This document shows positions 1-9,992 of a DNA stretch of 64,000 nucleotides, piece by piece. A program made the translations under genes and the position numbers. The stretch is from Planctomycetota bacterium (GTDB lineage: Bacteria; Planctomycetota; GCA-002687715): positions 467-64,466 of the forward strand of contig SIAO01000002.1 in assembly GCA_009691765.1 (NCBI GenBank), given 5' to 3'. The notes under the pieces were generated by a model. The model ran no database searches. It saw only the letters and a list, made by a program, of their open reading frames with translations, and had not been told where the DNA came from. Within the stretch, counting starts at the first letter, position 1. The number at the start of each line of letters is the position of its first letter.

Positions 1-2513
1 GCGGGCCTTGGGCATTGCGCGGCGCTGAGGGCGCTGCGCTGCTCTCACGATTGGTGGCCACGGGATTGGTGCGCACTCAAAGCAGGCATGGCTTGAAACA
101 TGTGCAGGCTGAGCCGGGCGCTGCCCTCGATTTCGTGATCGCCTTCGCGCCAACGGAACGCACGGGCGAAGTGGAACTGCAAGGCCGCCTTGTCGACGCC
201 GACGGCCGCAGTGTGTTGATCAGCGCAGTGGATGCGCTGATCGAAGGAAGCGACGCCCTCGTACTCAAGGGCGAGTGCTTGCACAACCTGCGTCACTTCG
301 GCGCCAAAGAATGGCCCGGCACTCTGCTGCGCGGGCGCGGCTTCCAACTCGCAGCCGCAGAATGGACAAGCTTCGTCGACAAGCTCGCGCGAAGTGGGCC
401 GCTGCCGCGGCTGCAACCACCCGGCGCCAGCGCAGCGCTGGAACTCCTCGCTATAGCTCCCATTCCACGCATGACACTGCGCAGCACGGCACGCAGCCTC
501 GAAGGCCGCGTGACCTTCCTCTATGGCAACGCAGAAGTCGAACCGGAAAGTGCCGCCCGCCTAGTGACCGACACTGCCGGTCCAGCGCAGTATCTGCGCA
601 ACGCGCAAGCTGAAGCGCAGTTCTTGCACGAAGCCGACGGCATCCCCGGACTCAATGCTGAAACGGGCATTGCTGGCCGTTTCGACGCCAGCACAGCCAT
701 GTTCGACAGTAGTGCACGCATGTTGTTGCAACGCGGCTGGCGACTTCGCCTTGATGGCAGACCCGTGCGACGCGTGGTGTCTTCGCAATTGAAGCTGTCC
801 ACCAAGAACGGACGGCTCTCGCTCGGCGGTGAAGTGCGCTGCGACGACGGCGCGGTGGTTTCGTTGCTCGGCGCGTTGAAAGCCGCTAACGAGCGCCGTT
901 TCCTCGACTTGAACAACGAAGGCTTGCTGCTTGTGGATGGCGCGCTGGCCGAACGCCTCGGGGGCATCGCCGCGCTGGTTTCCGATCCCACGCGCGTCAG
1001 TCGTGCGCAAGCACTGTTGCTGCAACCGCTGCTGGAGTCCGATGCCGAGAGTGCGCCAAAGTTGGAGGGCAGCCTCGCGCGCTTGGTGACGCCGCAAGCT
1101 GTCAGCGCACCAGAAGAACTGAAGGCAACGCTGCGCCCTTACCAATGCGACGGGTTGGCCTGGCTGTGTGCATTGTCACGCGAAGAAGTCGGCGGGATTC
1201 TCGCGGACGACATGGGCCTCGGAAAAACGGTGCAGGTGTTGGCGCTGCTCTTGGAGCTGCGCGCACGCACTCGCAACGAGGGGCGTGTGTGGCATCCGGC
1301 TCTCGTCGTTGCTCCGGCTTCGCTGCTATGGAACTGGGAATCGGAATTAGAGCGCTTTGCCCCGACATTGCGAGTGCTGCGGCATCACGGGTCTGCGCGC
1401 GAATTGGAAGTGTTCGACAACGCTGATGTGGTCTTGACCACCTATGGCACGCTGCAACGCGACGTCGAGCAACTCACGGAACGCGAACTGAGCGTGTTAG
1501 TGCTGGATGAAGCACAAGTCGTGCGCAATCCGCAAACACGCGGCGCAGTCGCGGTGCGCGCCCTGAAGGCTCCGTTGAAGATCGCACTCACTGGCACGCC
1601 GGTGGAAAACAGCGCGCGCGATTTGTGGGCACTGCTCGATGCCGTCAATCCGGGCATCCTCGGCGAAGAGCGCCGCTTCATGGCCGCTATGAACGGCGGC
1701 GTGAGCGCCACCTTCACAGCATCGCTCGCGCGAGCTGTGCGGCCTTTCGTACTGCGCCGCACCAAAGAAGCCGTGTTGCCGGAGCTGCCAGCACTCACGC
1801 AGCAAGTGATCCACGCAGAAGCGGAGCCCGCGCAGGAGAAGTTGTGCAACACCCTGCTGGCCGCGGCGCGACGCGATGTCCTAGGCGCGTTGGAAACTAC
1901 GGGCCGTGCCGACGCCTTCACAGTGCTTGAAGCACTGTTGCGTTTGCGCCAAGCAGCCTGCCATCCTGGATTGGTCGACCCGACGTTGCGCGACGAACCG
2001 AGTGGCAAGGTTGAACAACTCGTGTCCGAGCTCGAAGACGTCCTCGCCGCGGGGCATCGCGCGTTGGTGTTCTCGCAATTCGTAACTTTCCTCGATCTCA
2101 TCAGTGTGCGCTTGGAGCGCGAGAACATCGTCCACGCTCGTTTGGACGGGCGCACCAAGAATCGCGAAGAGGTGGTGCGCGGTTTCGAGCAAGGCGATGG
2201 CGCGCCTGTGCTGCTCACGAGTTTGAAAGTCGGCGGTACTGGATTGAACCTCACTGCGGCGGATTACGTGTTCCTGATGGACCCTTGGTGGAACCCAGCG
2301 GTCGAAGCGCAAGCCATTGGGCGCGCTCATCGCATCGGCCAAAACAAGCCGGTGTTCGCATACCGCATGGTCACACGCGGCAGCATCGAAGAACGCATTC
2401 TCGAATTGCAGCAGCATAAGCGCGATCTTGCAGAAGCCCTGCTCGGACCTGATGCTGGCGCCGCGCCCAGTCTTGAGGCCGACGATTTGCGCTGGCTTTT
2501 TGCGGCTCCATGA
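1..2513 (+). CDS. SNF2/Swi2-family helicase (N-terminus runs off the window)
   Basis: ORF 15..2513 stays open back to nt 3. Helicase motif I 'ILADDMGLGKT', motif II 'LVLDEAQVVRN', and C-terminal block 'VLLTSLKVGGTGLNLTAADYVFLMDPWWNP..QAIGRAHRIGQ' match SNF2_N + Helicase_C. Confidence 0.9.
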   Translation, partial: GPWALRGAEGAALLSRLVATGLVRTQSRHGLKHVQAEPGAALDFVIAFAPTERTGEVELQGRLVDADGRSVLISAVDALIEGSDALVLKGECLHNLRHFGAKEWPGTLLRGRGFQLAAAEWTSFVDKLARSGPLPRLQPPGASAALELLAIAPIPRMTLRSTARSLEGRVTFLYGNAEVEPESAARLVTDTAGPAQYLRNAQAEAQFLHEADGIPGLNAETGIAGRFDASTAMFDSSARMLLQRGWRLRLDGRPVRRVVSSQLKLSTKNGRLSLGGEVRCDDGAVVSLLGALKAANERRFLDLNNEGLLLVDGALAERLGGIAALVSDPTRVSRAQALLLQPLLESDAESAPKLEGSLARLVTPQAVSAPEELKATLRPYQCDGLAWLCALSREEVGGILADDMGLGKTVQVLALLLELRARTRNEGRVWHPALVVAPASLLWNWESELERFAPTLRVLRHHGSARELEVFDNADVVLTTYGTLQRDVEQLTERELSVLVLDEAQVVRNPQTRGAVAVRALKAPLKIALTGTPVENSARDLWALLDAVNPGILGEERRFMAAMNGGVSATFTASLARAVRPFVLRRTKEAVLPELPALTQQVIHAEAEPAQEKLCNTLLAAARRDVLGALETTGRADAFTVLEALLRLRQAACHPGLVDPTLRDEPSGKVEQLVSELEDVLAAGHRALVFSQFVTFLDLISVRLERENIVHARLDGRTKNREEVVRGFEQGDGAPVLLTSLKVGGTGLNLTAADYVFLMDPWWNPAVEAQAIGRAHRIGQNKPVFAYRMVTRGSIEERILELQQHKRDLAEALLGPDAGAAPSLEADDLRWLFAAP

Positions 2514-2614
2514 CGCTTCAGCGCGAGAAGTACCCACTTGCAGCTCTGTCGCAATCAGGCCAAGCTATACCTCGGAACGGAATGTTCAATCAAATCTGAA
2601 GCTGGAGAAGAGCC

Positions 2615-2959
2615 ATGACTTGGGTCGTTACACGCCTCTGCCGCGACAATGTGGATACTGCTTGCGTCGCCGAATGTCCTGTGGATTGTTTCTACATACC
2701 TAAAGACACCGGACAGCACACCAACCAGCTGTACATCTCCCCTTCAGAGTGCATCGACTGCGGCGCTTGCGAGCCGGCTTGCCCTTGGGAAGCCATCTTC
2801 AAGGACGACTCCGTGCCCGCCGCGTTCGGCGAAGATGTCGCACTGAACGCAGTGTGCGATTCAGACCGCGCGGACTTCGAAACCGCTGTGGAAAACCCGG
2901 ACACCCCCAAGCCCACCCCTGAACAAGTAACGGCTAATAAGGCGAAATGGGGCGGTTGA
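2615..2959 (+). CDS. fdxA: 7Fe-type ferredoxin ([3Fe-4S][4Fe-4S])
   Basis: GGAG lies 7 nt upstream of the ATG. Cys layout 'LCRDNVDTACVAECPVDCFY' (C-x7-C-x3-CP) plus 'CIDCGACEPACP', as in Azotobacter/actinobacterial FdxA-type ferredoxins. Confidence 0.85.
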   Translation: MTWVVTRLCRDNVDTACVAECPVDCFYIPKDTGQHTNQLYISPSECIDCGACEPACPWEAIFKDDSVPAAFGEDVALNAVCDSDRADFETAVENPDTPKPTPEQVTANKAKWGG

Positions 2960-3056
2960 TGGCTGCTTGAATCTGACACGGCGTTGATAACCTATAGGCG
3001 CCGACGGAGCTTGTCGGCAGACCGCGCTGCCAGCGACACCCAGAAAGCCAACTTCA

Positions 3057-3482
3057 ATGGAAAAGTCCAGCAACTCCCCTCCGATGGCGTTCATTCTCGA
3101 CTACTTGAAGACCAACGGAGATCGTCCCTACGGTGAACTGCGTGCAGCCGCAGAAACCGCAGGCCATTCGATCTACCCCATCATGTATGGCCGCGCCAAG
3201 GCGTTGCTGAACATGATCCCTGAAGAGCGCCGCTTGAAACGGCGCCGCATGCGCGAAGAAGCGCATGGACTCGCGCCAACCGCTACCGCGGTTACAGGCC
3301 ACGAAGGTCTGCATCAACGCACCCTGCGTTCTGCGCGGGCTTCGCTCTCCGAAACATCAGCAGCCCAGCTCAGCGTCTTCTTGGAGCGCTTCAAGGAAGT
3401 CGAAACCGATCGCGCTCGGTACCGCGCAGCTTTGCTTCAAGTCGAACGATTGTTGCGTCAAGCTCTCGAAGCGACTGAGTGA
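3057..3482 (+). CDS. hypothetical protein
   Basis: 141-aa ORF with G/C-rich third positions. Small N-terminal globular part, Arg/Lys linker 'RRLKRRRMRE', helical tail. No motif I recognise and no clear SD. Confidence 0.55.
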   Translation: MEKSSNSPPMAFILDYLKTNGDRPYGELRAAAETAGHSIYPIMYGRAKALLNMIPEERRLKRRRMREEAHGLAPTATAVTGHEGLHQRTLRSARASLSETSAAQLSVFLERFKEVETDRARYRAALLQVERLLRQALEATE

Positions 3483-3505
3483 GCGCAGCGCAAAGCGCAT
3501 TGGCC

Positions 3506-5422
3506 TCAGTGCAGGCGCAAGTCGATCACGGCAGGTAGCGCAGAGCGCGGCAGCTCGACGCGAAGCAGCGGACCAGTTTGGGTGAACGGCACGGACTTGC
3601 CGTTCACATTCACCCACGCAGCAGTCGGCAGTACCGCGAGAATCAACGGTGCAGTAGCCCGCAATTCCGCATGCCAATGAAAGCTCGTGCCATCACGCGT
3701 GATTTGCTGTGCGCCTAACCAGCCAGGCGGATTGAAAGCGTGCTCCGCACCGAACGCCGCAAACCCATGATGGATAGGCACCACTGTGACGACATCGTGC
3801 CCGCCGGGTTCGATCTCCAACGCGACGCTGTCCTCAAGCCCGAGCGCGCCTAACCAACCATGGTTCATCGAAAGCAACGCATAGGCCTGCGGTGCACCTT
3901 CGCCAGCGAAATCCACATCGCGTGGACCAATGCTCAGCGTCGCGCCCTTACCCGCAACGTCGAAGACAGCCGCAATGCGAGCCATTCCACTGCGGTTCCA
4001 CACGATGAGCGGCTGGCCCGCACGCGGATCTTCGAAGAGGCCGCGCCGCGCCGGCACCGCGTAGCCATCAAGATGCGGTAAGCGACCGTCAGGGAACACG
4101 AGGCGTGAAAGGAGCTCCCAGTCCTGCTGGCCCGGCGTGTCAGTGATGGTGATCGGCCCACCGCTCACAGCGCGAGCGGCTGCGTGCCATGCGGCTTGCG
4201 GGTGATGCGACTGAAACATATCCCAATCGGGGATCGCCAGCGTGCGGCACCACAGTGCATTCCACGCGTTCTGCAAAACGTGTTCTTGCGGATTGCCTTC
4301 GCGCTCGGGATAGAAATCGTCCGAGTTGCGCAGCACATTGCTGTGCCAGAGCTGATAGAGCACCGTGCTCTCCTGCGACATGCAGTTGAGCAACCCACTC
4401 TGAAACCACTTGGCGGAAGCACCTTCCACGGCCTCGCGCAGCAATCGCATTCCAGAAACGTGCGCGTACACATCACGCAGCAAATGGCTGCTGAAACTCT
4501 GATTATCGGCCTTCGTGAAATCCACGCCCGCACGCGATAGCTCGGCGTAGAACTTCTCATAGAAGCTCGCCCATTCTGTTGGGTGCAACAGCCCATTGTC
4601 GAGCACGCGATGATCTTGCGCGATCGGCCCTTTGGGACTGACACCTTTCCAGTAACCCTGCCATGCGTGCCACACACCGAAATGGCGCAGCCCCAAACGA
4701 CGCTTCGCTTCGTGCACCAACGGAGCCAACCCACGCGGAAACTTGCTGTTCGGTCCAGTGGTCAACAAACGACCTTCGGCGTCAGCGTGCTGCCAACCGT
4801 CGTCGAGCAGCATGAAGCCCAACTTCACAGGTGCATTTTCGAAACTCGCGATAGCGCTGCGGATGTTTTCTTCTGTGACCTGAACCCCAAATGCATTCCA
4901 CGAACACCAACCGAGGCGTCGCGTCCATTCCGGTACGAGCTTTTGATCGCGTCGACGGCACGTACCGATGAGACGCGCAGCGTGATCGAAGAGGCGTTCC
5001 GTCAGTTCGTAGGGGCAATCACCGCGACCGCCGATAGCAAGCGGCACGGATTGCTCGAACGTCTCCTGATGGCACGTTTGGACGAGCGCGAACACGCCAT
5101 CACCGCGTGCAGCCAATTCGACGTGTGCATCACGCCCCGCTAACGGCAGCAATGCTGCGTAGCGCGGGCCCTCCTGCCACAACAGCAACATGGTGCGGTC
5201 GGGAATCTCGGAAGCATGCTTCCAAAAATGCGGTGCTGCCCAAAAGTCCGTGCGCCGATAGATCGCGACGCCTGGCCCGACCGTGCCACTCAGCAAGCGC
5301 ACTGCAGCGGAACAAATGAGAACTTCGCTCGGGCTCCATGCTTGCCAGATTTCGGCGTCGAGTTGCTGAAGGCGACAGCCCGGAGCAGAGAAAAAAGGTG
5401 CTGCGCTCTCGACACTGGCCAT
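3506..5422 (-). CDS. GH36-like raffinose-synthase/Sip1-family alpha-galactosidase-type glycosidase
   Basis: 638 aa with blocks 'RRLGWCSWNAFG', 'MLLDDGWQ', 'FTKADNQ', 'NSDDFYP' typical of the raffinose synthase/Sip1 branch of GH36. The start lies 4 nt after the efp stop. Confidence 0.72.
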   Translation of the reverse strand: MASVESAAPFFSAPGCRLQQLDAEIWQAWSPSEVLICSAAVRLLSGTVGPGVAIYRRTDFWAAPHFWKHASEIPDRTMLLLWQEGPRYAALLPLAGRDAHVELAARGDGVFALVQTCHQETFEQSVPLAIGGRGDCPYELTERLFDHAARLIGTCRRRDQKLVPEWTRRLGWCSWNAFGVQVTEENIRSAIASFENAPVKLGFMLLDDGWQHADAEGRLLTTGPNSKFPRGLAPLVHEAKRRLGLRHFGVWHAWQGYWKGVSPKGPIAQDHRVLDNGLLHPTEWASFYEKFYAELSRAGVDFTKADNQSFSSHLLRDVYAHVSGMRLLREAVEGASAKWFQSGLLNCMSQESTVLYQLWHSNVLRNSDDFYPEREGNPQEHVLQNAWNALWCRTLAIPDWDMFQSHHPQAAWHAAARAVSGGPITITDTPGQQDWELLSRLVFPDGRLPHLDGYAVPARRGLFEDPRAGQPLIVWNRSGMARIAAVFDVAGKGATLSIGPRDVDFAGEGAPQAYALLSMNHGWLGALGLEDSVALEIEPGGHDVVTVVPIHHGFAAFGAEHAFNPPGWLGAQQITRDGTSFHWHAELRATAPLILAVLPTAAWVNVNGKSVPFTQTGPLLRVELPRSALPAVIDLRLH

Positions 5423-5426
5423 CAGC

Positions 5427-5999
5427 TCAGCCTTTGGCGCGCCCCTGGAACTCGCCCGTCTCCGTCGAGACTTTCACCAATTCTCCCGCTTCGATGAATG
5501 CGGGCACACGCAAGCTCAGGCCCGTGTCAGTCTTGGCGTTCTTGAAGGTGTTGTTCACGGTGTTGCCGCGAGCCGCGCCTTCCGCCTCTGCAATCGTGAG
5601 CACCACCGAAGAAGGCAGTTCCAATCCAAGAGCCACACCCTCGTGAAAAGTGACCACCACTTCTTGGTTCTCTTTCACGAACTGAATCTTGTCGGCCACG
5701 AGATCCTGCACCAATTCATGCTGATCAAAGGTCTCGAGGTCCATGAACACAAAGTGCCCTGTGCCCTGATCGCGATAGAGGTACTGGCATTTGCGTTGAT
5801 CGAGGAAGGCTTGTTCAAGGTTCTCGCCGCTGCTCATGCGCTGTTGCACGCTGGCGCCGGTTTTGAGATTGCGCATCTTGAGCTGATTCACTGCACGCAG
5901 ATTACCGGGCGTGTGATGCTCGAACTCGACCACGAGATGCAGGTCGCCATTCCAGATCACAACCATGCCCTTGCGGACATCAACGACCTTGATTCCCAT
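5427..5999 (-). CDS. efp: translation elongation factor P
   Basis: 190 aa; 'VRKGMVVIWNGDLHLVVEFEHHTPGNLRAVNQLKMRNLKTG' is the EF-P KOW/OB signature. Full three-domain length. Confidence 0.97.
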   Translation of the reverse strand: MGIKVVDVRKGMVVIWNGDLHLVVEFEHHTPGNLRAVNQLKMRNLKTGASVQQRMSSGENLEQAFLDQRKCQYLYRDQGTGHFVFMDLETFDQHELVQDLVADKIQFVKENQEVVVTFHEGVALGLELPSSVVLTIAEAEGAARGNTVNNTFKNAKTDTGLSLRVPAFIEAGELVKVSTETGEFQGRAKG

Positions 6000-6015
6000 A
6001 ACTACGCTCTCTGGC

Positions 6016-7104
6016 CTATGGTGCGGCCTGCACTTGTTGCGCTTCGCGCACCTGAACCCACGTACGCCAAAGCGTGAGCGCCACGGCCACTACAACAGGT
6101 CCGAGGAACAAACCCACAAGTCCGAAACTGGAAATACCGCCGAGAATGGCAATGAACACGAGCAAGAACGGCAGCTTCGCAGCGCGGCCGATGAAGATGG
6201 GGCGCAGCACATTGTCGATGCTGCTGACGATGAGGAAACCGTAGAGGATCAACAGCACCCCCGCCAACGTGCGCTGTTCCGACAGCAACGCGAGCCCGCT
6301 GCCGAGCCACACGAAGACCACACCGAATGGAGCGAACGACAGCAAAAATGTGAGCAGCCCCAAGAGCAGTGGATACGGCACGCCTGCAACCCAGAGCCCA
6401 ACGGCCATCAACACACCTTGCGCCACCGCTGTCACTACCAAACCGTAGACCACCGCACGGAGCGTATTGCGAATAGCCGGAATGAACGCGGTCGCGTATT
6501 CACCACCGGTGCGAGCGATGGCACGCTTTGCTTGCTCGGAAAGATCTTCGCCATGACGGAAGAAGAACCAACTGGTGACGACACAAATGGTGAGCTCGAA
6601 AAGATTGCGGCTCAGGCCGCCGATCACGCGCCCGACGAAACCGACAAGCTCGTTTTGATTCGCTTTCACGATGGCCGGCAGGATGGTGCCTTCAGCGCGC
6701 AGTTGCAGCAGGCCTGCAGCGAGGTCGTCGCCCACATACGGCAGATCGCGCAGCAATCCTTCGAGATTGCCGCTGCGCCCTTCAAGCAAGTCTTGAAGCT
6801 GGCGGATGAGTTGTCCCGCTTCGTTCAATCCGAAGATGATGACCAGCACAATCGGCACTACGATGATGCCCGTCATCACTGTGGTGGTGATCGTCGGAGC
6901 CAGCCACATTGGTCGCGGCAGCATTCCGCGGATCAGGATGTGCAACGGCCACAGCACGACGCTCAAGATCAGCGCCCACAAAAGCCCCGCCGCGAAAGGG
7001 TGCACGATGGTCCACGTCAGGCCCGCGACGAGCACCAACATGCCATACATGAGCACGCGCCGTAGGACGCCGGTCTGTGCGGGTTGTGCTTCAGGTGTTG
7101 CCAT
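6016..7104 (-). CDS. AI-2E family (PerM/YhhT, UPF0118) transporter
   Basis: Polytopic membrane protein with the family-typical C-terminal TM pair 'ILGGISSFGLVGLFLGPVVVAVALTLW'. The ORF is open to 7170, but ATG 7104 (MATPEAQ..) avoids overlap with the upstream gene. Confidence 0.8.
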   Translation of the reverse strand: MATPEAQPAQTGVLRRVLMYGMLVLVAGLTWTIVHPFAAGLLWALILSVVLWPLHILIRGMLPRPMWLAPTITTTVMTGIIVVPIVLVIIFGLNEAGQLIRQLQDLLEGRSGNLEGLLRDLPYVGDDLAAGLLQLRAEGTILPAIVKANQNELVGFVGRVIGGLSRNLFELTICVVTSWFFFRHGEDLSEQAKRAIARTGGEYATAFIPAIRNTLRAVVYGLVVTAVAQGVLMAVGLWVAGVPYPLLLGLLTFLLSFAPFGVVFVWLGSGLALLSEQRTLAGVLLILYGFLIVSSIDNVLRPIFIGRAAKLPFLLVFIAILGGISSFGLVGLFLGPVVVAVALTLWRTWVQVREAQQVQAAP

Positions 7105-7147
7105 GAGTGCGGATGGTAGCCGAGAGCAGCGCGCCCCGCAGATCGAC

Positions 7148-8386
7148 TCAGCCCGCAGCGTCTCTGACAAACTTGGCTGCGTGAGGATGCGCGCTGTCGT
7201 TGGAATCTGGAAGCAATAGGCCTTCGCGAATCAGTCTGCTGTTCACGAAGGTGCGATTGTCGAGATGCACGTAGGCGGCGCCATCTTGCTCGTCGAACGC
7301 CTTCTTGCGGCGGTCGGTGAGCAACAGCGCATGGCCTTTGAGCAGAGCTTCGAGGCGCTTCATGGCGGCCGTCTGCTTCCCCGGCTTCGGAGCCGTGCCG
7401 AGCAGCAGCACGCTTCTGCCGGCTTTGGTGACAAAGCGATTCGGCCCCAGCACTTCCGCGACGCGATCGCGCACGCCCGTGAAGCGTGTCTTGCCACGGT
7501 CTGCCTTGCGCACCACTCCGCCAAAAAACGCACCGTCCTCGGGAGTCGCTGCGCGGCCAACCGTGTGATGCTCCACCACAAAATCCACACTCTCGAACAA
7601 ACTGGTCGCGTCAGTACCGAGAAGTTTTCTACGCACTAACGCTTCAGCAGCCGGATCGATGTCCACACCGATGCCTTCACGCTCATGAGCGTTGGCTGCT
7701 GCCAGCGTCGTGCCGCTGCCGACAAATGGATCCAGCACCGTTTCGCCATGAAAGCTGAACATGCGGATCAAGCGTTCTGGCAACTCTTGCGGGAAGGGCG
7801 CAAGGTGCTGCGCGCCGCGAGCGCCGGTCATGGCCCAATGCCCAGAGAAAAACTCTTTCCACTCTGCGGGCGTCAATGCGGATTTCGTGCGCGCTGCTTT
7901 CGATGGCGGCGCCGTTTCACCGGGCTTCTTGAAAAGCAGAATGTGCTCGTAGTCGAAACGCACGATGCCGTTGCGGGGATAGGGGTACGAACCCATCACC
8001 ACGCCGCCGCCGGTGCTGTGCGTGTTCGTGAGCTTGCGCCAAATGATGCTGCCGAGAAAGTCGAACCCAAGTGCAACAGCCGCACTGATGACATCGGCGT
8101 GAATCGGAAAAACGCGATAGCGCCCATACAACTTTGCTCGCGCAAACTGATCGCCAACATTCACGCACAAACGACATCCGGGCGAGAGCACCCGCAAGCA
8201 CTCAGCCCACACCTTGGCGAGATCGGCGCAGTAAATGGCGTAGTCCTGTTCGAAACCAATCTGCTCGCGGATGCCGTAGTCCTTCAACTGCCAGTAGGGC
8301 GGCGAAGTGACCACCAACTGAACGCTGCTGTCCGCCAAGAAATCCAGCTTGCGGGAGTCGGCGATAATCAGTTTCTGGCGCGCCAT
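7148..8386 (-). CDS. beta-class DNA amino-methyltransferase (SPPY motif, N4-C or N6-A) with an extra C-terminal domain
   Basis: Motif IV 'VVTSPPYWQLKDY' precedes motif I 'VLDPFVGSGTTL', the circular permutation of the beta class (ParB/N6_N4_Mtase type). About 130 extra residues follow the MTase core. Confidence 0.85.
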   Translation of the reverse strand: MARQKLIIADSRKLDFLADSSVQLVVTSPPYWQLKDYGIREQIGFEQDYAIYCADLAKVWAECLRVLSPGCRLCVNVGDQFARAKLYGRYRVFPIHADVISAAVALGFDFLGSIIWRKLTNTHSTGGGVVMGSYPYPRNGIVRFDYEHILLFKKPGETAPPSKAARTKSALTPAEWKEFFSGHWAMTGARGAQHLAPFPQELPERLIRMFSFHGETVLDPFVGSGTTLAAANAHEREGIGVDIDPAAEALVRRKLLGTDATSLFESVDFVVEHHTVGRAATPEDGAFFGGVVRKADRGKTRFTGVRDRVAEVLGPNRFVTKAGRSVLLLGTAPKPGKQTAAMKRLEALLKGHALLLTDRRKKAFDEQDGAAYVHLDNRTFVNSRLIREGLLLPDSNDSAHPHAAKFVRDAAG

Positions 8387-8390
8387 GCCT

Positions 8391-9623
8391 TCACCTCCCG
8401 AGGTCGAGAATCAAACGCGCCAGCAACGCCGTGCGCTGCGGCAGACTCGCAAGGTCAACCCACTCTTCGCGCGTATGGAACGCTCCGCCCACGGCTCCGA
8501 GGCCGCAGAGCGACGGGCAACCAAGATCTGCAGCAAGCGCCGCATCGCTGCTGCCACCACGCGCTTCCGGCACCAACGCGTGCCCTTGCTCCGCACCCAT
8601 GCGCACCACAGCTTCGGCCAGCGCTTTGCTCTTCTCTGTGGGCAACATCGCTGGACGCGTCACACGCTCGCGAATGCTCGTCGCCACGCGCGGCCGTCCC
8701 GCTGCATCGCGCACGACGGGCTTCCTAAGAATCCCTTGCAAATCGTCTTCCACTTGCTGACGCACATCGTCATCGTCGAAGCGCACATCGATATCCAAAG
8801 TGGCTTCTTCGGGCACAGTGTTCGCGGCCGTGCCGCCATGAAAGGTGCCGACCAACACGGTTGTTCCCGATTCAGGATCGGCCAAATCTTCGATAAGTCC
8901 GACCTTCGCGGCGAGTTCACGCACAGCGCTGGCGCCAAGGCTTGGGTCCACGCCAGCATGCGCACTGCGTCCACGCGCACGCACGCTCAAACGCAACATG
9001 CCTTTTCTTTGGATGACGAAAGTGCTGCCGCCTTCTGCGGTGCGGCCTGCTTCAAAGCACAGGCACAACCCGCAGTCTCCAGCTTCAGCGCGAATAAGCT
9101 CGCCACTTGCAGGCGAGCCCACTTCTTCTTCTGCATTCAAGACCACCCGCAGCGGGCGTTCGTGCAACAAGCCCTCGGCATGCAGAGCCTCAAGCGCATG
9201 AATCAACACCACGAGGCCGCCCTTCATGTCCGCAGCACCGGGGCCTTTGGCATGTGTGGTCCCTTCCACACGTTGCAATCCGCAGAAACCTGCTGATGCC
9301 GGATGCACGGTGTCGAGATGCCCGAGCAACAGCATCGGCGCTGTCGCCATGTCTCGTGGCGCCTCATTCGTTTCGTCGTTCGCTTCCGGCCCCGCGCCGA
9401 GCCGCGCAACCAGCGTGCGACCGTGCACGCCATTCACCAATTCCGCCACACGAAAACCAAGGGTTTCGAGCCGCTCGCACAGCAGTGCGCTCAAGGCATC
9501 CACGCCCGCCTTGTTGGCCGTGTGCGTGTCCATGCCGACCCAAGCGAAAAGATCTTCCTCCATACGCGAAGCCGCAGCACGGATGCGTGCGAAGAGAGCT
9601 TGGTTGGGGTTGGTAGCGGGCAT
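8391..9623 (-). CDS. M20-family metallopeptidase (carboxypeptidase G2 / ArgE/DapE-like)
   Basis: Metal-ligand blocks 'LLLGHLDTVHP', 'GPGAADMKGG', 'NAEEEVGSP'; length of 410 aa fits the family. Confidence 0.85.
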   Translation of the reverse strand: MPATNPNQALFARIRAAASRMEEDLFAWVGMDTHTANKAGVDALSALLCERLETLGFRVAELVNGVHGRTLVARLGAGPEANDETNEAPRDMATAPMLLLGHLDTVHPASAGFCGLQRVEGTTHAKGPGAADMKGGLVVLIHALEALHAEGLLHERPLRVVLNAEEEVGSPASGELIRAEAGDCGLCLCFEAGRTAEGGSTFVIQRKGMLRLSVRARGRSAHAGVDPSLGASAVRELAAKVGLIEDLADPESGTTVLVGTFHGGTAANTVPEEATLDIDVRFDDDDVRQQVEDDLQGILRKPVVRDAAGRPRVATSIRERVTRPAMLPTEKSKALAEAVVRMGAEQGHALVPEARGGSSDAALAADLGCPSLCGLGAVGGAFHTREEWVDLASLPQRTALLARLILDLGR

Positions 9624-9992
9624 GGGCTCGGCATGGTAGCGGGTTCCAAGCGCGAACGGAGCCCGTTCGAGATGAGCCTGTAAGGCAGTCCGTGGCGCTC
9701 AGGTTCGGCTGTTGCCGATGCTCGATCGCGCCGCGCTGTATGCTCCAGCCCGCCGATTGGGCCCTTCCTCGGAGACTCGACATGACACGGTTTCTCTTGA
9801 CCGTGGGGGGCTGCAAGCCTCCTCTTCACAGCCTGTGCCTCAACCACCGAGACCGACAATGCTGTGGCGGCAACCGAATCTCGCACCATCTGAATGCGGA
9901 GTTTTGAACAGGCGCAGACCGGGCCAGCGACCACGAAGCTGAGACGCCTCAATCTCGTCTACGCTGACGCAGCGGCTCCAAAGGTTTCGCAC

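Noticed and set aside
5965-7065. Long antisense or out-of-frame ORFs throughout the track. Examples are 5965..7065, 7685..8728, 15339..16562, 19933..20913, 23842..24909, 27727..28590, 35233..36048, 42263..43387, 43351..44958, 48404..49507, 54721..55743 and 57891..58739.
   Set aside because: They lie opposite or out of frame to genes with clear family motifs. They are Arg/Ala/Pro/His-rich with no motifs, and are the usual shadow ORFs of GC-rich DNA.
1-8386. DISARM- or BREX-like defence module suggested by an SNF2 helicase plus a DNA methyltransferase in the same 8 kb.
   Set aside because: The two genes are on opposite strands and separated by a ferredoxin, a glycosidase, efp and a permease. 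None of the other signature genes (DUF1998, PLD nuclease, PglZ, Lon-like) is present.
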